From Candidatus Deferrimicrobiaceae bacterium (GTDB lineage: Bacteria; Desulfobacterota; Deferrimicrobia; Deferrimicrobiales; Deferrimicrobiaceae), in contig CAWBVY010000005.1 in the NCBI GenBank assembly GCA_963792415.1, positions 32,001 to 96,000 on the forward strand: a DNA stretch of 64,000 nucleotides, in the 5' to 3' direction. Positions 52,246 to 61,973 of this stretch are shown piece by piece. The notes below the pieces were generated by a model. That model had not been told where the DNA came from. It saw only the letters and a list, made by a program, of their open reading frames with translations, and did no database searches. Each line of letters begins with the position of its first letter. Within the stretch, counting starts at the first letter, position 1. A program made the position numbers and the translations under genes.

Positions 52246-52737
52246 GGGCGCCTCTCCGTATGAGGCCGGCGGGGGGCCGGCCGGGATGGTCTTCTCGATG
52301 CCGCGGATCTTCTCGAGCCGCGCGGTGTGCCTTCCCGCCTCGAACGGTTCCGACAGGAAGATGCGCAGCCGCCGCGCCCCGTCGTCCGGGGACATGGTGC
52401 GCGCGCCGAAGACGGCCACGTTCGCGTCGTTGTGCAGACGGGAGAACCGCGCCGCCGTGTCGTCGTAGAGGACCGCGGCGCGGACCCCGGGGAACCTGTT
52501 GGCCGCGATCGACATTCCGATGCCGGTCCCGCAGACGAGCACGCCGACATCCGCGGCCCCGGTGGAGACCCGCCCGGCAACCGCCGCGGCGTAGTCCGGA
52601 TAGTCCACCGATTCCCCGGAGACGGTCCCGAGGTCCTCCGCGGAAATCCCGAGGTCCGCCATCGCTTCCCGCAGGCGGCGCTTCATCTCGACGCCCGCAT
52701 GATCGGAGGCGATGACGGCGCGGCGTGGGAGCGGCAT
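52246..52737 (-). CDS. rpiB: Ribose-5-phosphate isomerase B; no stop before glyA as assembled
   Basis: [38 protein letters not shown]; runs in frame into glyA via linker [14 protein letters not shown]. Confidence 0.9.
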
Positions 52738-52744
52738 CCCGGGG

Positions 52745-53983
52745 CTACGCCTCGAAACGGCCGAACAGAAGGACCGAGTTCGTTCCCCCGAAGCCGAACG
52801 AGTTGGACATGGCGTACCGGATCGCCTGGCGGCGCGACGCGTTGGGAACGTAGTCGAGGTCGCACTCGGGGTCCGGCGTCGTGTAGTTCATCGTGGGCGG
52901 GATCACCCCCTCCCGCAGCGCGAGGGCGCAGAACATCCCTTCGATCGCCCCCGATGCCCCGAGGAGATGCCCCGTCATCGACTTGGACGAACTGACGGCG
53001 ATCGACTTCGCCCGGTCGCCGAAGACGGTCTTGATCGCCATCGTCTCGTACAGATCGTTATAGGGCGTAGAGGTGCCGTGCGCGTTGATGTAGTCGATCG
53101 CGGAGGCGGGAACCCCGGCGTCCGCCAGGGCCGCCGTCATGGCGCGCACCGCCCCTTCCCCGCCGGGAGCCGGCGCCGTGACGTGGTGGGCGTCGGCCGA
53201 TGCGCCGTACCCTACCAGCTCCGCGTAGATCTTCGCCCCACGGTTCCGGGCGCGCTCCAGTTCCTCGAGGATCAGGATCGTCGACCCTTCTCCCATGACG
53301 AAGCCGTCACGGTCCTTGTCGAAGGGGCGAGAAGCGGCGCCGGGATCGTCGTTCCGGTTGGAGAGGGCCTTCATGGAGCAGAACCCGCCCAGCCCGAGCG
53401 GTGTGATCGTCGCCTCGGCGCCGCCCGCGATCACCACGTCGCACACCCCGCTGCGGATCGCGTGCATCCCCTCGCCGGTCGCGTGGCTGGAGGCCGCGCA
53501 CGCCGTCGACATGGCGATGTTCGGACCCTTGGCCCCGTACCGCATCGCGATGTGGCCGGGGGCGAGGTTGGAGATGAGCATCGTGATGAAGAAGGGGCTG
53601 ATCTTCCTCGGCCCGCCCTCGATGTACCCCTCGTGGTACCGCTCGAGGGTGGAAAGCCCGCCCAGCCCGCTTCCCATGTAGACGCCCACCTTCGGCGCCA
53701 GCGCGCCGTCGATCACCAGACCCGCGTCCTCCATGGCCATGTGCGCCGACGCCATGGCGTAGTGGATGAACGGGTCCATCCGCTTGATCTCTTTCCTGTC
53801 GATGAACTGCTCCGGGTCGAACCCCTTCACCTCTGCCGCGATGGTCGTGGAAAAATCCTTCGCGTCGAACCGCGTGATCGGCCCGACCCCCGACGTGCCG
53901 GCGAGAAGCGCGTCCCACGTGCTCCGGACACCCACGCCAAGGGGGGTCACCGCCCCCAGACCCGTGACAACCACTCTGCGCAT
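52745..53983 (-). CDS. fabF: 3-oxoacyl-ACP synthase II
   Basis: [58 protein letters not shown]. Confidence 0.97.
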   Translation of the reverse strand: MRRVVVTGLGAVTPLGVGVRSTWDALLAGTSGVGPITRFDAKDFSTTIAAEVKGFDPEQFIDRKEIKRMDPFIHYAMASAHMAMEDAGLVIDGALAPKVGVYMGSGLGGLSTLERYHEGYIEGGPRKISPFFITMLISNLAPGHIAMRYGAKGPNIAMSTACAASSHATGEGMHAIRSGVCDVVIAGGAEATITPLGLGGFCSMKALSNRNDDPGAASRPFDKDRDGFVMGEGSTILILEELERARNRGAKIYAELVGYGASADAHHVTAPAPGGEGAVRAMTAALADAGVPASAIDYINAHGTSTPYNDLYETMAIKTVFGDRAKSIAVSSSKSMTGHLLGASGAIEGMFCALALREGVIPPTMNYTTPDPECDLDYVPNASRRQAIRYAMSNSFGFGGTNSVLLFGRFEA

Positions 53984-54029
53984 GTCGTTCCTTCCGCCCG
54001 CGCCCCCTGCGATCGGGGGCCCGCCCGGG

Positions 54030-54263
54030 CTATTTCTTGTGCGTCGTGATGTACTTGACCACGTCGTTGACGGTCTTGATCTTCTCGGCTTCCTCGTCGG
54101 GGATCTCGATCCCGAACTCCTCCTCCATCTTCATCACCAGCTCGACGACGTCGAGGGAGTCGGCCCCCAGGTCGTCGATCAGCGACGCCGTGTTGGTGAC
54201 CTCGTTCACGTCACGCTCCAGTTGCTCCGCCACGATCTCGCGAACACGCTGTTCTACCGCCAT
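54030..54263 (-). CDS. acpP: Acyl carrier protein
   Basis: [31 protein letters not shown]. Confidence 0.97.
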   Translation of the reverse strand: MAVEQRVREIVAEQLERDVNEVTNTASLIDDLGADSLDVVELVMKMEEEFGIEIPDEEAEKIKTVNDVVKYITTHKK

Positions 54264-54307
54264 TTTATTCCCTCCCTTTCCTTTGATCTGCGCTCGTCGA
54301 ATCTGCG

Positions 54308-55051
54308 CTATGTGTACATCCCGCCGTTGATGCCAACCACCTGCCCGGTGATGTAGGACGACGCGTCGGAGGCCAGGAAAAGGGCCAGCTCCGCCACCTC
54401 CCGGGGCTCCGCGAACCGGCCGAGCGGAATCTGGGCCAGGAACGCCTTCTGCACCGCTTCGGGAAGCGCCGCCGTCATCGCGGTCTGTATGAACCCCGGG
54501 GCGATCGCGTTGACCGTGATGTTCCGGGACGCCAATTCCCGGGCGATGGCCTTCGTGAAGCCGATGATCCCCGCCTTCGCCGCCGCGTAATTCGACTGGC
54601 CGGCGTTCCCCATCATGCCGACCACCGAACTGATGTTGACGACCTTCCCGCTGCGCTGCTTCATCATGTGCCGGGTGACCGTCTTCGTCAGGAGGTAGGT
54701 CCCCTTGAGGTTGACGCGGAGGACCGCGTCGAACTCCTCCTCCGTCATCCGCAGGAGGAGGTTGTCCCGGGTGATCCCGGCGTTGTTCACGAGGACGTCG
54801 ATCCGGCCGTGCGTTGCCAGGATGTTCTTCACCCCGGCGTCCACCTGCCCCGCGTCGGAGACGTCGAACATCTCCACGGATCCCTTGCCGCCGCCCGCCT
54901 CGAGCACCGCCAGCGTTTCGCGCGCGCCGGCGTCGCTTCCGACGTCGTTCACGACGACGGTCGCCCCCTCGGCGCAGAACAGCTCGGCGATCGACCGGCC
55001 GATCCCCCGCGCGGAGCCTGTGACCAGCGCCACCTTCCCGGAAAGCCGCAT
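54308..55051 (-). CDS. fabG: 3-oxoacyl-ACP reductase
   Basis: [38 protein letters not shown]; alternative starts at 55057 or 55066. Confidence 0.96.
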   Translation of the reverse strand: MRLSGKVALVTGSARGIGRSIAELFCAEGATVVVNDVGSDAGARETLAVLEAGGGKGSVEMFDVSDAGQVDAGVKNILATHGRIDVLVNNAGITRDNLLLRMTEEEFDAVLRVNLKGTYLLTKTVTRHMMKQRSGKVVNISSVVGMMGNAGQSNYAAAKAGIIGFTKAIARELASRNITVNAIAPGFIQTAMTAALPEAVQKAFLAQIPLGRFAEPREVAELALFLASDASSYITGQVVGINGGMYT

Positions 55052-55117
55052 CCCCATCCCTCCCATCTTACCCCGTATTCTTACCTTTTCCCGGTACCCC
55101 GGTTCCAGCGAAAAACG

Positions 55118-56050
55118 TCAGCGGGACAACCCCCGCGCCCCGTCGAGGTCCGCCGGACCGCAGAAGACCGCCGTCGGCGCGTCCTTTTCGATCCGGCGGA
55201 GGAGCCCCGTGAGGACCTTTCCCGGCCCCACCTCCAGGAACGCGTCGGCCCCCGCGGCACGCATCGCCGTGACCGATTCCTCCCAGCGGACCGGAGCGGT
55301 GATCTGGCGGACCAGCATGTCGGCGACGACGTCGCCCGCCCCGTACGGAGCCGCCGTCACGTTCGCCACCACCGGGAACGCGAACGGCCCCTGCGGGATC
55401 GCCCGCAGCTCCGGCGCGAGCCGGTCCGCCGCGGGACGCATCAAGGCGCAATGGAACGGGGCGCTCACGGGGAGCGGGAGGGCCCGCTTCGCCCCGGCCG
55501 CCTTCGCCGCCTCGCACGCCGCCGCGACCGCCTTCGCCTCCCCCGAGATCACGATCTGGCCGCCGCCGTTGAAGTTCGCCGGCGATACGACGCCGTGCGC
55601 CGCGCCCACCCGGCACGCCTCCCCTGCCTGCTCCGGGGAAAGACCGAGGATCGCCGCCATCGCGCCCTCCCCCACCGGGACGGCTTCCTGCATGTATTTT
55701 CCGCGCGACCGCAGGACCCGGACCGCCTCCGCGAAGGGGAGCGCCCCGGCCGCGACCAGCGCCGAGTATTCCCCGAGGGAGTGGCCCGCCGCGCAGGCGG
55801 GACGCACCCCGGTTTCCTCCGCGAGGACCCGGAAGGCGGCCACGCTCACGGTGAAGATCGCCGGCTGCGTATTCTCCGTCCTCCGGAGTTCTTCCTCGGA
55901 TCCCAGAAAACAGAGGGCCGCCATGTCCCGCGACAGCGCTTCGGACGCCTCCTCGAAGGTCCGCCGGGCGACCGGGTACGCGTCGTGAAGATCCTTTCCC
56001 ATCCCCGGGAACTGCGACGCCTGCCCCGGAAAGAGGAGCCCGACCCCCAT
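55118..56050 (-). CDS. fabD: Malonyl-CoA:ACP transacylase
   Basis: FPGQASQ, TQPAI, GHSLGEYSAL, VSAPFH, PVRW, EVGPG. Confidence 0.97.
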   Translation of the reverse strand: MGVGLLFPGQASQFPGMGKDLHDAYPVARRTFEEASEALSRDMAALCFLGSEEELRRTENTQPAIFTVSVAAFRVLAEETGVRPACAAGHSLGEYSALVAAGALPFAEAVRVLRSRGKYMQEAVPVGEGAMAAILGLSPEQAGEACRVGAAHGVVSPANFNGGGQIVISGEAKAVAAACEAAKAAGAKRALPLPVSAPFHCALMRPAADRLAPELRAIPQGPFAFPVVANVTAAPYGAGDVVADMLVRQITAPVRWEESVTAMRAAGADAFLEVGPGKVLTGLLRRIEKDAPTAVFCGPADLDGARGLSR

Positions 56051-56059
56051 GGTCCCCCC

Positions 56060-57037
56060 CTACATCCGCATCAGGGCGGAGGCCCAGGTGAGCCCCCCCC
56101 CGAAGGCGACGACGAGCACGAGGTCCCCGGCGGCGAACCGTGCCTGCGCCTTCGCTTCCGCGAGCGCGATCGGGATGGAGGCGGCGGAGGTGTTCCCGTA
56201 CTGCTCGAGGTCGATGAAGACCCGCTCTTCGGGGATCCCGAGACGCTTCCCGACGACCTGGATGATGCGCAGGTTCGCCTGGTGCGGGATGAAGAGCTTC
56301 ACGTCGTCGATGGTGACCCCGTTCCGGTCCAGCGCCTCGCGGGAAACCTCGACCATCCGGAGAACGGCGTGTTTGAACGTCTCGTTCCCCGCCATCCGGA
56401 TGAAGCCAAGCCGCTGTTCCACCATCTCGGGGGAGTACGGATGCAGCGTTCCGCCCCCCGGCAATTGGATCAGATTCCAGAGGTTGCCGTCGGAGTGCAG
56501 GTGGCAGCTGAGGACCCCCTCCCCTTCCGGGCATTCGGAGAGGACGACCGCCCCCGCGCCGTCGCCGAAAAGGATGCAGGTGGACCGGTCGGTGTAGTCG
56601 ACCACCGAGGAAAGGATCTCGGAGCCGACCACGAGGGCCTTCTTCCCCCGGCCCGCCCGGATCAGCGCATCGGTCACCGACAGGGCGTAGACGAACCCCG
56701 AACAGGCGGCGGAGAGGTCCATGCCGTAGGCCCGCGTCGCCCCGATCTTCGCCTGGACAAAGCACGCGGTCGCCGGGAACGGCATGTCGGGCGTCAGCGT
56801 CCCGACGATCACGATGTCGAGCTCCGCCGGGTCGACGCCCGCGTCATCGAGCGCTTTCCGGGCCGCCTCGACGCAGAGGTCGGAATTCGGCGTCCCCGGC
56901 TCCGCGATGTGGCGGCCCCGGATCCCGGTGCGCTCCGTGATCCACGCGTCGTTCGTGTCGACGATCTTTTCGAGGTCGAGATTGGTCAACACTTTCGGCG
57001 GGGCGTACATCCCCACCCCGATGATTTTCGATGCCAA
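56060..57037 (-). CDS. fabH: 3-oxoacyl-ACP synthase III
   Basis: WITERTGI, AACSGF, LFGDGAGA, PHQANLRII, YGNTSAASIP, FGGGLTW; TTG start. Confidence 0.96.
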   Translation of the reverse strand: MASKIIGVGMYAPPKVLTNLDLEKIVDTNDAWITERTGIRGRHIAEPGTPNSDLCVEAARKALDDAGVDPAELDIVIVGTLTPDMPFPATACFVQAKIGATRAYGMDLSAACSGFVYALSVTDALIRAGRGKKALVVGSEILSSVVDYTDRSTCILFGDGAGAVVLSECPEGEGVLSCHLHSDGNLWNLIQLPGGGTLHPYSPEMVEQRLGFIRMAGNETFKHAVLRMVEVSREALDRNGVTIDDVKLFIPHQANLRIIQVVGKRLGIPEERVFIDLEQYGNTSAASIPIALAEAKAQARFAAGDLVLVVAFGGGLTWASALMRM

Positions 57038-57060
57038 TGCTTCCCCCCCCTTTGATCGTC

Positions 57061-58083
57061 TTACGGAATCGCCGGCGTGCCTGCCGCCGCGTGCCCCCGC
57101 GCCGCGATGGACCGGGCGATCTCGACGTCCACCGCGCAGCGCGCCAGGGAGCCGGCGGCCCGGATCCCGTTCTTGATCGCCCGCATGCTGGACGACCCGT
57201 GGCAGATGAAGATACCGCCCCGCACCCCCAGGAGCGGGGCGCCGCCGTACTCCTCGTAGTCGAGCCGGTCCTTGACCCCCCGGAGCGCGCGCTCCGCGAG
57301 CAGGGCGCCCACCTTCGCCATGCGGGACTTGCCGATCTCCTCTTTCAGGAACTGGCCGAGGGCCGTCGCCATCCCCTCCATCGTCTTGATCGCGACGTTC
57401 CCGACGAACCCGTCGCAGACGAAGACATCGGCCTTCCCGGCGAAGAAGTCCCGCCCCTCGACGTTCCCGACGAAATTCAGTCCCGTGCGGCGGAACAGCT
57501 CGCACGTGTCCCGCGTGAGGTCCGTCCCCTTCGAATCCTCCGCGCCGATGCTGACGACCCCGACGCGCGGTCGGGGGATCCCCAGGATCATCCGGGAGTA
57601 CACCTCGCCCATGTACCCGAACTGCAGAAGGTGGGCAGGCCTGGACTCGACGTTCGCGCCGGCGTCGACGAGGACCACCGGACCGTGGGGGGTGGGGATG
57701 GTCGCCGCGATCGCGGGGCGGTCCACGCCGTGAATCTTCTTCAGGATCAGGAACCCGCCCGCCATCACCGCGCCGGAGTTTCCCGCGCTGACGAAGGAGG
57801 ACGCCTTCCCGTCGGCGACAAGGCGAAGCCCGACGCGGATCGAGGAATTCCGTTTCTTCCGGAGGGCGATGGCGGGGATGTCGCACATCTCCACGACTTC
57901 GGAGGCGTGCAGCACTTCGATGTCGGCGCCGGAAACGTCGATCTCGCTCAATTCCGAGCGGATCCGCTCCTCCTGGCCGACCAGGATCAGGGAGAGGTCG
58001 TTGGAACGGGCCGACTCGACCGCTCCGCGCACGATCTCGCGCGGGGCGTGATCCCCCCCCATCGCATCGACGGCGATTTTCAT
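57061..58083 (-). CDS. plsX: Phosphate acyltransferase PlsX
   Basis: IAVDAMGGD.AP, SAGNSGA, DAGAN, GNVEG.D, CDGFVGN, YGGAPLLG, HGSS. Confidence 0.96.
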   Translation of the reverse strand: MKIAVDAMGGDHAPREIVRGAVESARSNDLSLILVGQEERIRSELSEIDVSGADIEVLHASEVVEMCDIPAIALRKKRNSSIRVGLRLVADGKASSFVSAGNSGAVMAGGFLILKKIHGVDRPAIAATIPTPHGPVVLVDAGANVESRPAHLLQFGYMGEVYSRMILGIPRPRVGVVSIGAEDSKGTDLTRDTCELFRRTGLNFVGNVEGRDFFAGKADVFVCDGFVGNVAIKTMEGMATALGQFLKEEIGKSRMAKVGALLAERALRGVKDRLDYEEYGGAPLLGVRGGIFICHGSSSMRAIKNGIRAAGSLARCAVDVEIARSIAARGHAAAGTPAIP

Positions 58084-58099
58084 CGGATGGAAGAGGGTG

Positions 58100-58282
58100 T
58101 CAGTCTTCGGATTTTGCGATGACTTCCCGACCCTTGTAGGTCCCGCACGTCGGGCAGACGGCATGGGGGCGCTTGGTCGCCTTGCACTGCGGGCAGATGC
58201 TGACCGCCGGCTGGGTCAGCTTCTTGTGCGTGCGCCGCTTGTCCCGGCGGCACTTCGATCCGCGTCGTTTCGGATTCGGCAT
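58100..58282 (-). CDS. rpmF: 50S ribosomal protein L32
   Basis: MPNPKRR.SK.RRDKRRTH, CPQC..KRPH.VC.TCG.YKGREV. Confidence 0.96.
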   Translation of the reverse strand: MPNPKRRGSKCRRDKRRTHKKLTQPAVSICPQCKATKRPHAVCPTCGTYKGREVIAKSED

Positions 58283-58285
58283 GGC

Positions 58286-58828
58286 TTACTCCTTTTTCCC
58301 TTTCAGGTTCTTGAGAATTTCGAACGGGCCCGCAGCGTGCCCCGCGACGCAGGAGCACTCCTCCAGGTTCCGGTTCTTCCCGCACACGGGGCAGACCCCG
58401 CGGCACGCCTCGGAACAGACGATCTTCAACGGGAGCTCGAGGCCCACCTGCTCCCACAGGATGTCGTTCGTCTCGACCCCCGTGCCGTCATAATACCCGA
58501 CATCGAGGTCTTCCTCGTGAAGTTCGACCGATCCGGCGGCGGCCCGATCCCTGCTCTTCGGCGTCAGGATCGTCTGGAACGCCTTCCCGAGCCGGAGCGT
58601 CACCGGTTCGGAACAACGGTCGCAAAAGCCTTCCCCCTGCGCTTCGAACGACCCCTCGATCCAGACGTCGCCGCTCTCGACCGTCAGGAGAAGGTCCGCG
58701 TCGACCAGCCGCAGCTCCCGCAACGGGGCGGGGTCCATCCCTTCGAGAACGCGGGGGATCGACGCCTTTCCCCGGGAAGCGAACACGTCCAGTCCGCCCC
58801 CGGGAATCTCGGACACCCGGATGTACAA
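58286..58828 (-). CDS. yceD: YceD/DUF177-family protein
   Basis: CDRC, L.LP.K.VCSE.C.G.CP.CG.N.N..CSC, P...L..L; directly upstream of rpmF; TTG start is approximate. Confidence 0.9.
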   Translation of the reverse strand: MYIRVSEIPGGGLDVFASRGKASIPRVLEGMDPAPLRELRLVDADLLLTVESGDVWIEGSFEAQGEGFCDRCSEPVTLRLGKAFQTILTPKSRDRAAAGSVELHEEDLDVGYYDGTGVETNDILWEQVGLELPLKIVCSEACRGVCPVCGKNRNLEECSCVAGHAAGPFEILKNLKGKKE

Positions 58829-58858
58829 GCGCGAATTCCCTCGTAAAGTAAAAGAGAT

Positions 58859-58887
58859 ACTATAGGCATCGCCCCCCCCGCTGTCAA
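58859..58887 (-). promoter_or_regulatory. Near-consensus sigma70 promoter for the yceD-rpmF-plsX-fab operon
   Basis: Minus strand TTGACA (58887-58882), 17-nt spacer, TATAGT (58864-58859). Confidence 0.8.
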
Positions 58888-58923
58888 TCGTCAAATACCC
58901 GTCATCCGTTGTATCATAGGGTC

Positions 58924-59727
58924 ATGAAGCGGAATCCCGCCGTCTCCGGACAGTTCTACCCCGGGACCCCCTCCGGCCTTTCCCGGGCGCTCCTCGGGCT
59001 CACCCGGGAGGTCGAGGCGCCGGAGCCGGCGATCGGGGTCGTATCCCCTCACGCGGGATACGTCTATTCGGGAGCGGTGGCGGGGGAAGTCTTCTCCTCC
59101 GTCCGGGTGCCCGGCACGGCCGTGATCTTCTGCCCCAACCACACCGGGATCGGGGAGGATGCCGCCATCATGTCGCGCGGCGCCTGGCGGATGCCGTGGG
59201 GGGACGTCCCCGTCGACGAGGAGCTCGCCGCCCGCCTCGAAACCGCCTGTCCCCTCCTGCGGGAAGACGCGTCTGCCCATTCCCGGGAACACGCGATCGA
59301 GGTCCAGCTTCCGTTTCTTCACCGGTTCCGGCCGGACGTGCGCATCGTCCCCGTCGCCCTCGGACGGCTCTCGCTCGAGGAGTGCCGGAACCTCGGGGAG
59401 AGCGTGGCGGACGCGATCGCGGGAGGCCCCGAGCGTCCGCTGCTGGTCGCCAGCTCCGACATGTCGCACTATGTTCCCGACGCCGTCGCGCGAAAGAAGG
59501 ACAAGATGGCGATCGACCGGATGCTGGCCCTGGACCCCGAGGGACTCTACGCGACCGTCCGCGCCGAGCGGATCTCGATGTGCGGGGTGATCCCGGCCAC
59601 GGTCGTCCTCTTCGCCGCCCGCCGCCTTGGCGCGACGTCGGCCCGTCTGATAAGATACGCCACCTCCGGCGACGTCAGCCGGGATTTCGAACAGGTGGTC
59701 GGGTACGCGGGACTCGCCTTCCGCTGA
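58924..59727 (+). CDS. amrB: AmmeMemoRadiSam system protein B (MEMO1 family)
   Basis: R.PAVSGQFYP, PHAGYVYSG, PNHTG, EHAIEVQLPFL, ASSDMSHY, ISMCG, YATSGD, VVGYAG. Confidence 0.93.
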   Translation: MKRNPAVSGQFYPGTPSGLSRALLGLTREVEAPEPAIGVVSPHAGYVYSGAVAGEVFSSVRVPGTAVIFCPNHTGIGEDAAIMSRGAWRMPWGDVPVDEELAARLETACPLLREDASAHSREHAIEVQLPFLHRFRPDVRIVPVALGRLSLEECRNLGESVADAIAGGPERPLLVASSDMSHYVPDAVARKKDKMAIDRMLALDPEGLYATVRAERISMCGVIPATVVLFAARRLGATSARLIRYATSGDVSRDFEQVVGYAGLAFR

Positions 59728-59783
59728 GTCCCCCCTTTTTCGTCCCGTCCGCCGGATCCGATCGCCCGAATCGAGGACCTTCC

Positions 59784-61178
59784 ATGCCGAACGTCGTTAC
59801 GCGCTTCGCACCCAGCCCCACCGGGTATCTCCACATCGGCGGCGCCCGCACCGCCCTCTTCAATCGCCTCTACGCCCGCCGCAACGGCGGCAGGTTCATC
59901 CTGCGGATCGAGGACACCGACCAGGAGCGGTCCACCCCCGAGGCGGTCCAGGCGATCCTCGACGGGATGACGTGGCTCGGCATCACCTGGGACGAGGGAC
60001 CGCACTTCCAGATGGAGCGGATGGACCTGTACCGGAAGGAGGCGGAGCGTTTGCTGCGGGAAGGGAAGGCGTACCGGTGCGTCTGCACGAAAGAGGAGCT
60101 CGACGCGCGGCGCGAGGAGATGACCGCGCGCAAGGAGAAGCCCCGGTACGACGGCCGGTGCCGCGATCTCGCCCCCGGGGCGACGGGGGGGAAGCCTTCC
60201 GTCCTCCGGTTCAAGGCGCCGCGCACGGGACAGACGACGGTCCACGACCTGCTGCGCGGCGACGTGACCTACGAGAACGCGGAGCTGGACGACCTGGTGC
60301 TCCTGCGCACCGACGGGTCGCCGACGTACAACTTCGTCGTCGTGATCGACGACGCCTCGATGGGGATCACCCACGTCCTGCGGGGGGACGACCACCTGAA
60401 CAACACGCCGAAGCAGCTCCTCCTTTACGAAGCGCTCGGCTACCCTCTCCCGCGGTTCGGCCACTTTCCCCTGATCCACGGGATGGAAGGCGGGAAACTG
60501 TCGAAGCGGCAGGACGACGTCTCCGTGACGGCGTACCGGGAGAAGGGGTATCTCCCCGAGGCGATGGTCAACTATCTCGTTCGTCTCGGCTGGGGGCACG
60601 GCGACCAGGAGATCTTCTCCATGGTGGAGATGCAGGACCTCTTCTCCCTGGAGCACGTCGGCAAATCCCCGTCGAAATTCAACCTCGACAAGCTCCTCCA
60701 CCTCAACGCCCACTACATCAAGATGGCGGAACCTTCGCTGCTCGCGACCCTCCTCGTCCCCTTCCTGGCGAAACGCGGAATCGACGCGAATCCTTCCCCG
60801 TGGCTCACCGCCGCCGTGCGGACCTTGCAGGAGCGGTCCCGAACCCTCGAGGAGATGGCCGAATCCGCGGAATACTACTTCCGCCCGAAGCCTGCCGATC
60901 CGAAGGCGGCGGCGAAGTTCCTCACCCCGGAGGTCGCCCCGGTGCTCCTCGAGATCGCCGAGGCGTTTTCCGCCCTCGACGACTTCAAGGCCGACATGGA
61001 GGATGCGCTGAAGGAAGTGGTGGAACGCAGGGGGGGGAACCTCAAGATCCACCAGCCGATCCGCGTCGCCCTCACCGGGGGGACCGCGTCCCCTGGGCTG
61101 TTCGAGGTGATGCGGATTCTCGGGCGGGACGAGGTGGCGCGCCGCCTGCGGGGCGCCGCGGAGCGGATTGGCGCTTGA
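59784..61178 (+). CDS. gltX: Glutamate--tRNA ligase
   Basis: RFAPSPTGYLHIGG, LRIEDTD, THVLRGDDH, KLSKR, RVALTG...SP. Confidence 0.97.
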   Translation: MPNVVTRFAPSPTGYLHIGGARTALFNRLYARRNGGRFILRIEDTDQERSTPEAVQAILDGMTWLGITWDEGPHFQMERMDLYRKEAERLLREGKAYRCVCTKEELDARREEMTARKEKPRYDGRCRDLAPGATGGKPSVLRFKAPRTGQTTVHDLLRGDVTYENAELDDLVLLRTDGSPTYNFVVVIDDASMGITHVLRGDDHLNNTPKQLLLYEALGYPLPRFGHFPLIHGMEGGKLSKRQDDVSVTAYREKGYLPEAMVNYLVRLGWGHGDQEIFSMVEMQDLFSLEHVGKSPSKFNLDKLLHLNAHYIKMAEPSLLATLLVPFLAKRGIDANPSPWLTAAVRTLQERSRTLEEMAESAEYYFRPKPADPKAAAKFLTPEVAPVLLEIAEAFSALDDFKADMEDALKEVVERRGGNLKIHQPIRVALTGGTASPGLFEVMRILGRDEVARRLRGAAERIGA

Positions 61179-61204
61179 CGCAACGGCTCACGATCGGGTA
61201 CCGT
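61175..61204 (+). promoter_or_regulatory. Putative promoter of the tRNA-Gln/tRNA-Glu pair, overlapping the gltX stop
   Basis: TTGACG (61175-61180), 18-nt spacer, TACCGT (61199-61204), 11 nt before the tRNA. Confidence 0.55.
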
Positions 61205-61215
61205 GTTCTTTCCGT

Positions 61216-61289
61216 TGGGGAGTGGTGAAATGGTATCACACGTGGCTCTGACCCACGGTTTCCAGGTTCGAGCCCTGGCTCCCCAGCCA
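61216..61289 (+). tRNA. tRNA-Gln (anticodon CTG)
   Basis: Acceptor TGGGGAG/CTCCCCA, anticodon arm CGTGG-ctCTGac-CCACG, T-arm CCAGG-TTCGAGC-CCTGG, encoded CCA. Confidence 0.95.
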
Positions 61290-61292
61290 ACC

Positions 61293-61368
61293 GGTCCCAT
61301 CGTCTAGTGGCCCAGGACGTCGCCCTCTCACGGCGAAAACGGGGGTTCGAACCCCCCTGGGACCGCCA
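61293..61368 (+). tRNA. tRNA-Glu (anticodon CTC)
   Basis: Acceptor GGTCCCA/TGGGACC, anticodon arm TCGCC-ctCTCac-GGCGA, T-arm GGGGG-TTCGAAC-CCCCC, encoded CCA. Confidence 0.95.
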
Positions 61369-61378
61369 CAAAGAAAAC

Positions 61379-61432
61379 AAGGGGTTACGGTGAAAACCGC
61401 AACCCCTTTCTCCTTCTTCTTTTCCTTACTTT
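61379..61432 (+). terminator. Intrinsic terminator after the tRNA pair (possibly bidirectional)
   Basis: Stem AAGGGGTTACGGT-GAAA-ACCGCAACCCCTT (one mismatch), followed by a T/C-rich tract and preceded by an A-rich tract. Confidence 0.7.
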
Positions 61433-61644
61433 TCCCGTACTTATATTGGAAGGCTATCCCTGCCCTTTCGATCGCATCGCTACAATTCCGTCCTGCGCCA
61501 TCCTTTTCCGTCCTTTTCCGGGGATGTTCGCTGTCCGGTGGGTGTGCGGTGGGCGTGAACGTGCGCCGTTGGAGTAGGAGGGTTATTCCGTTTCGTGAAG
61601 CCCGAAGATGTACCGCCCGAGCAGTTGGCGCCACTTGCGGCTGT

Positions 61645-61935
61645 TCACTTCTCCTTCTTCGGCCTCCACTCCCGTGCTAACTTCTGCGCCTCGACAATCT
61701 GGGCGGGTGCCATCATGGAGGCAACACGCTCTCTATTAGATATTGCTGCCTGCCTATAATCTACTTCGGATGTGGGATCTGATGAAGGATCGCTCGAGGC
61801 TGAAAGGGTTAACCACATATGGTCTAGGACAAAGTCCTGCGGGACGCCGTGACCATTGGTGTACCTACGGCCGAGGTTGAACTGGGCTTAAGGATCACCC
61901 AACCTTGCCAGTGATCGGAATACTCTAAACGTAGC
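61645..61935 (-). pseudogene. Sel1-like repeat (SLR) protein remnant with in-frame stop
   Basis: Hand translation ATFRVFRSLARLGDP*AQFNLGRRYTNGHGVPQDFVLDHMWLTLSA...NRERVASMMAPAQIVEAQKLAREWRPKKEK*; TAA at 61888-61890; no start found. Confidence 0.8.
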
Positions 61936-61973
61936 CCGAAGCCTGACTGAGGCCTGAAGTCCGATGCCTGATT

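Noticed and set aside
61236-61680. ORFs overlapping the tRNAs and terminator (61236-61634, 61390-61680, 61072-61380)
   Set aside because: They overlap structural RNA genes or the terminator and show no recognisable protein features.
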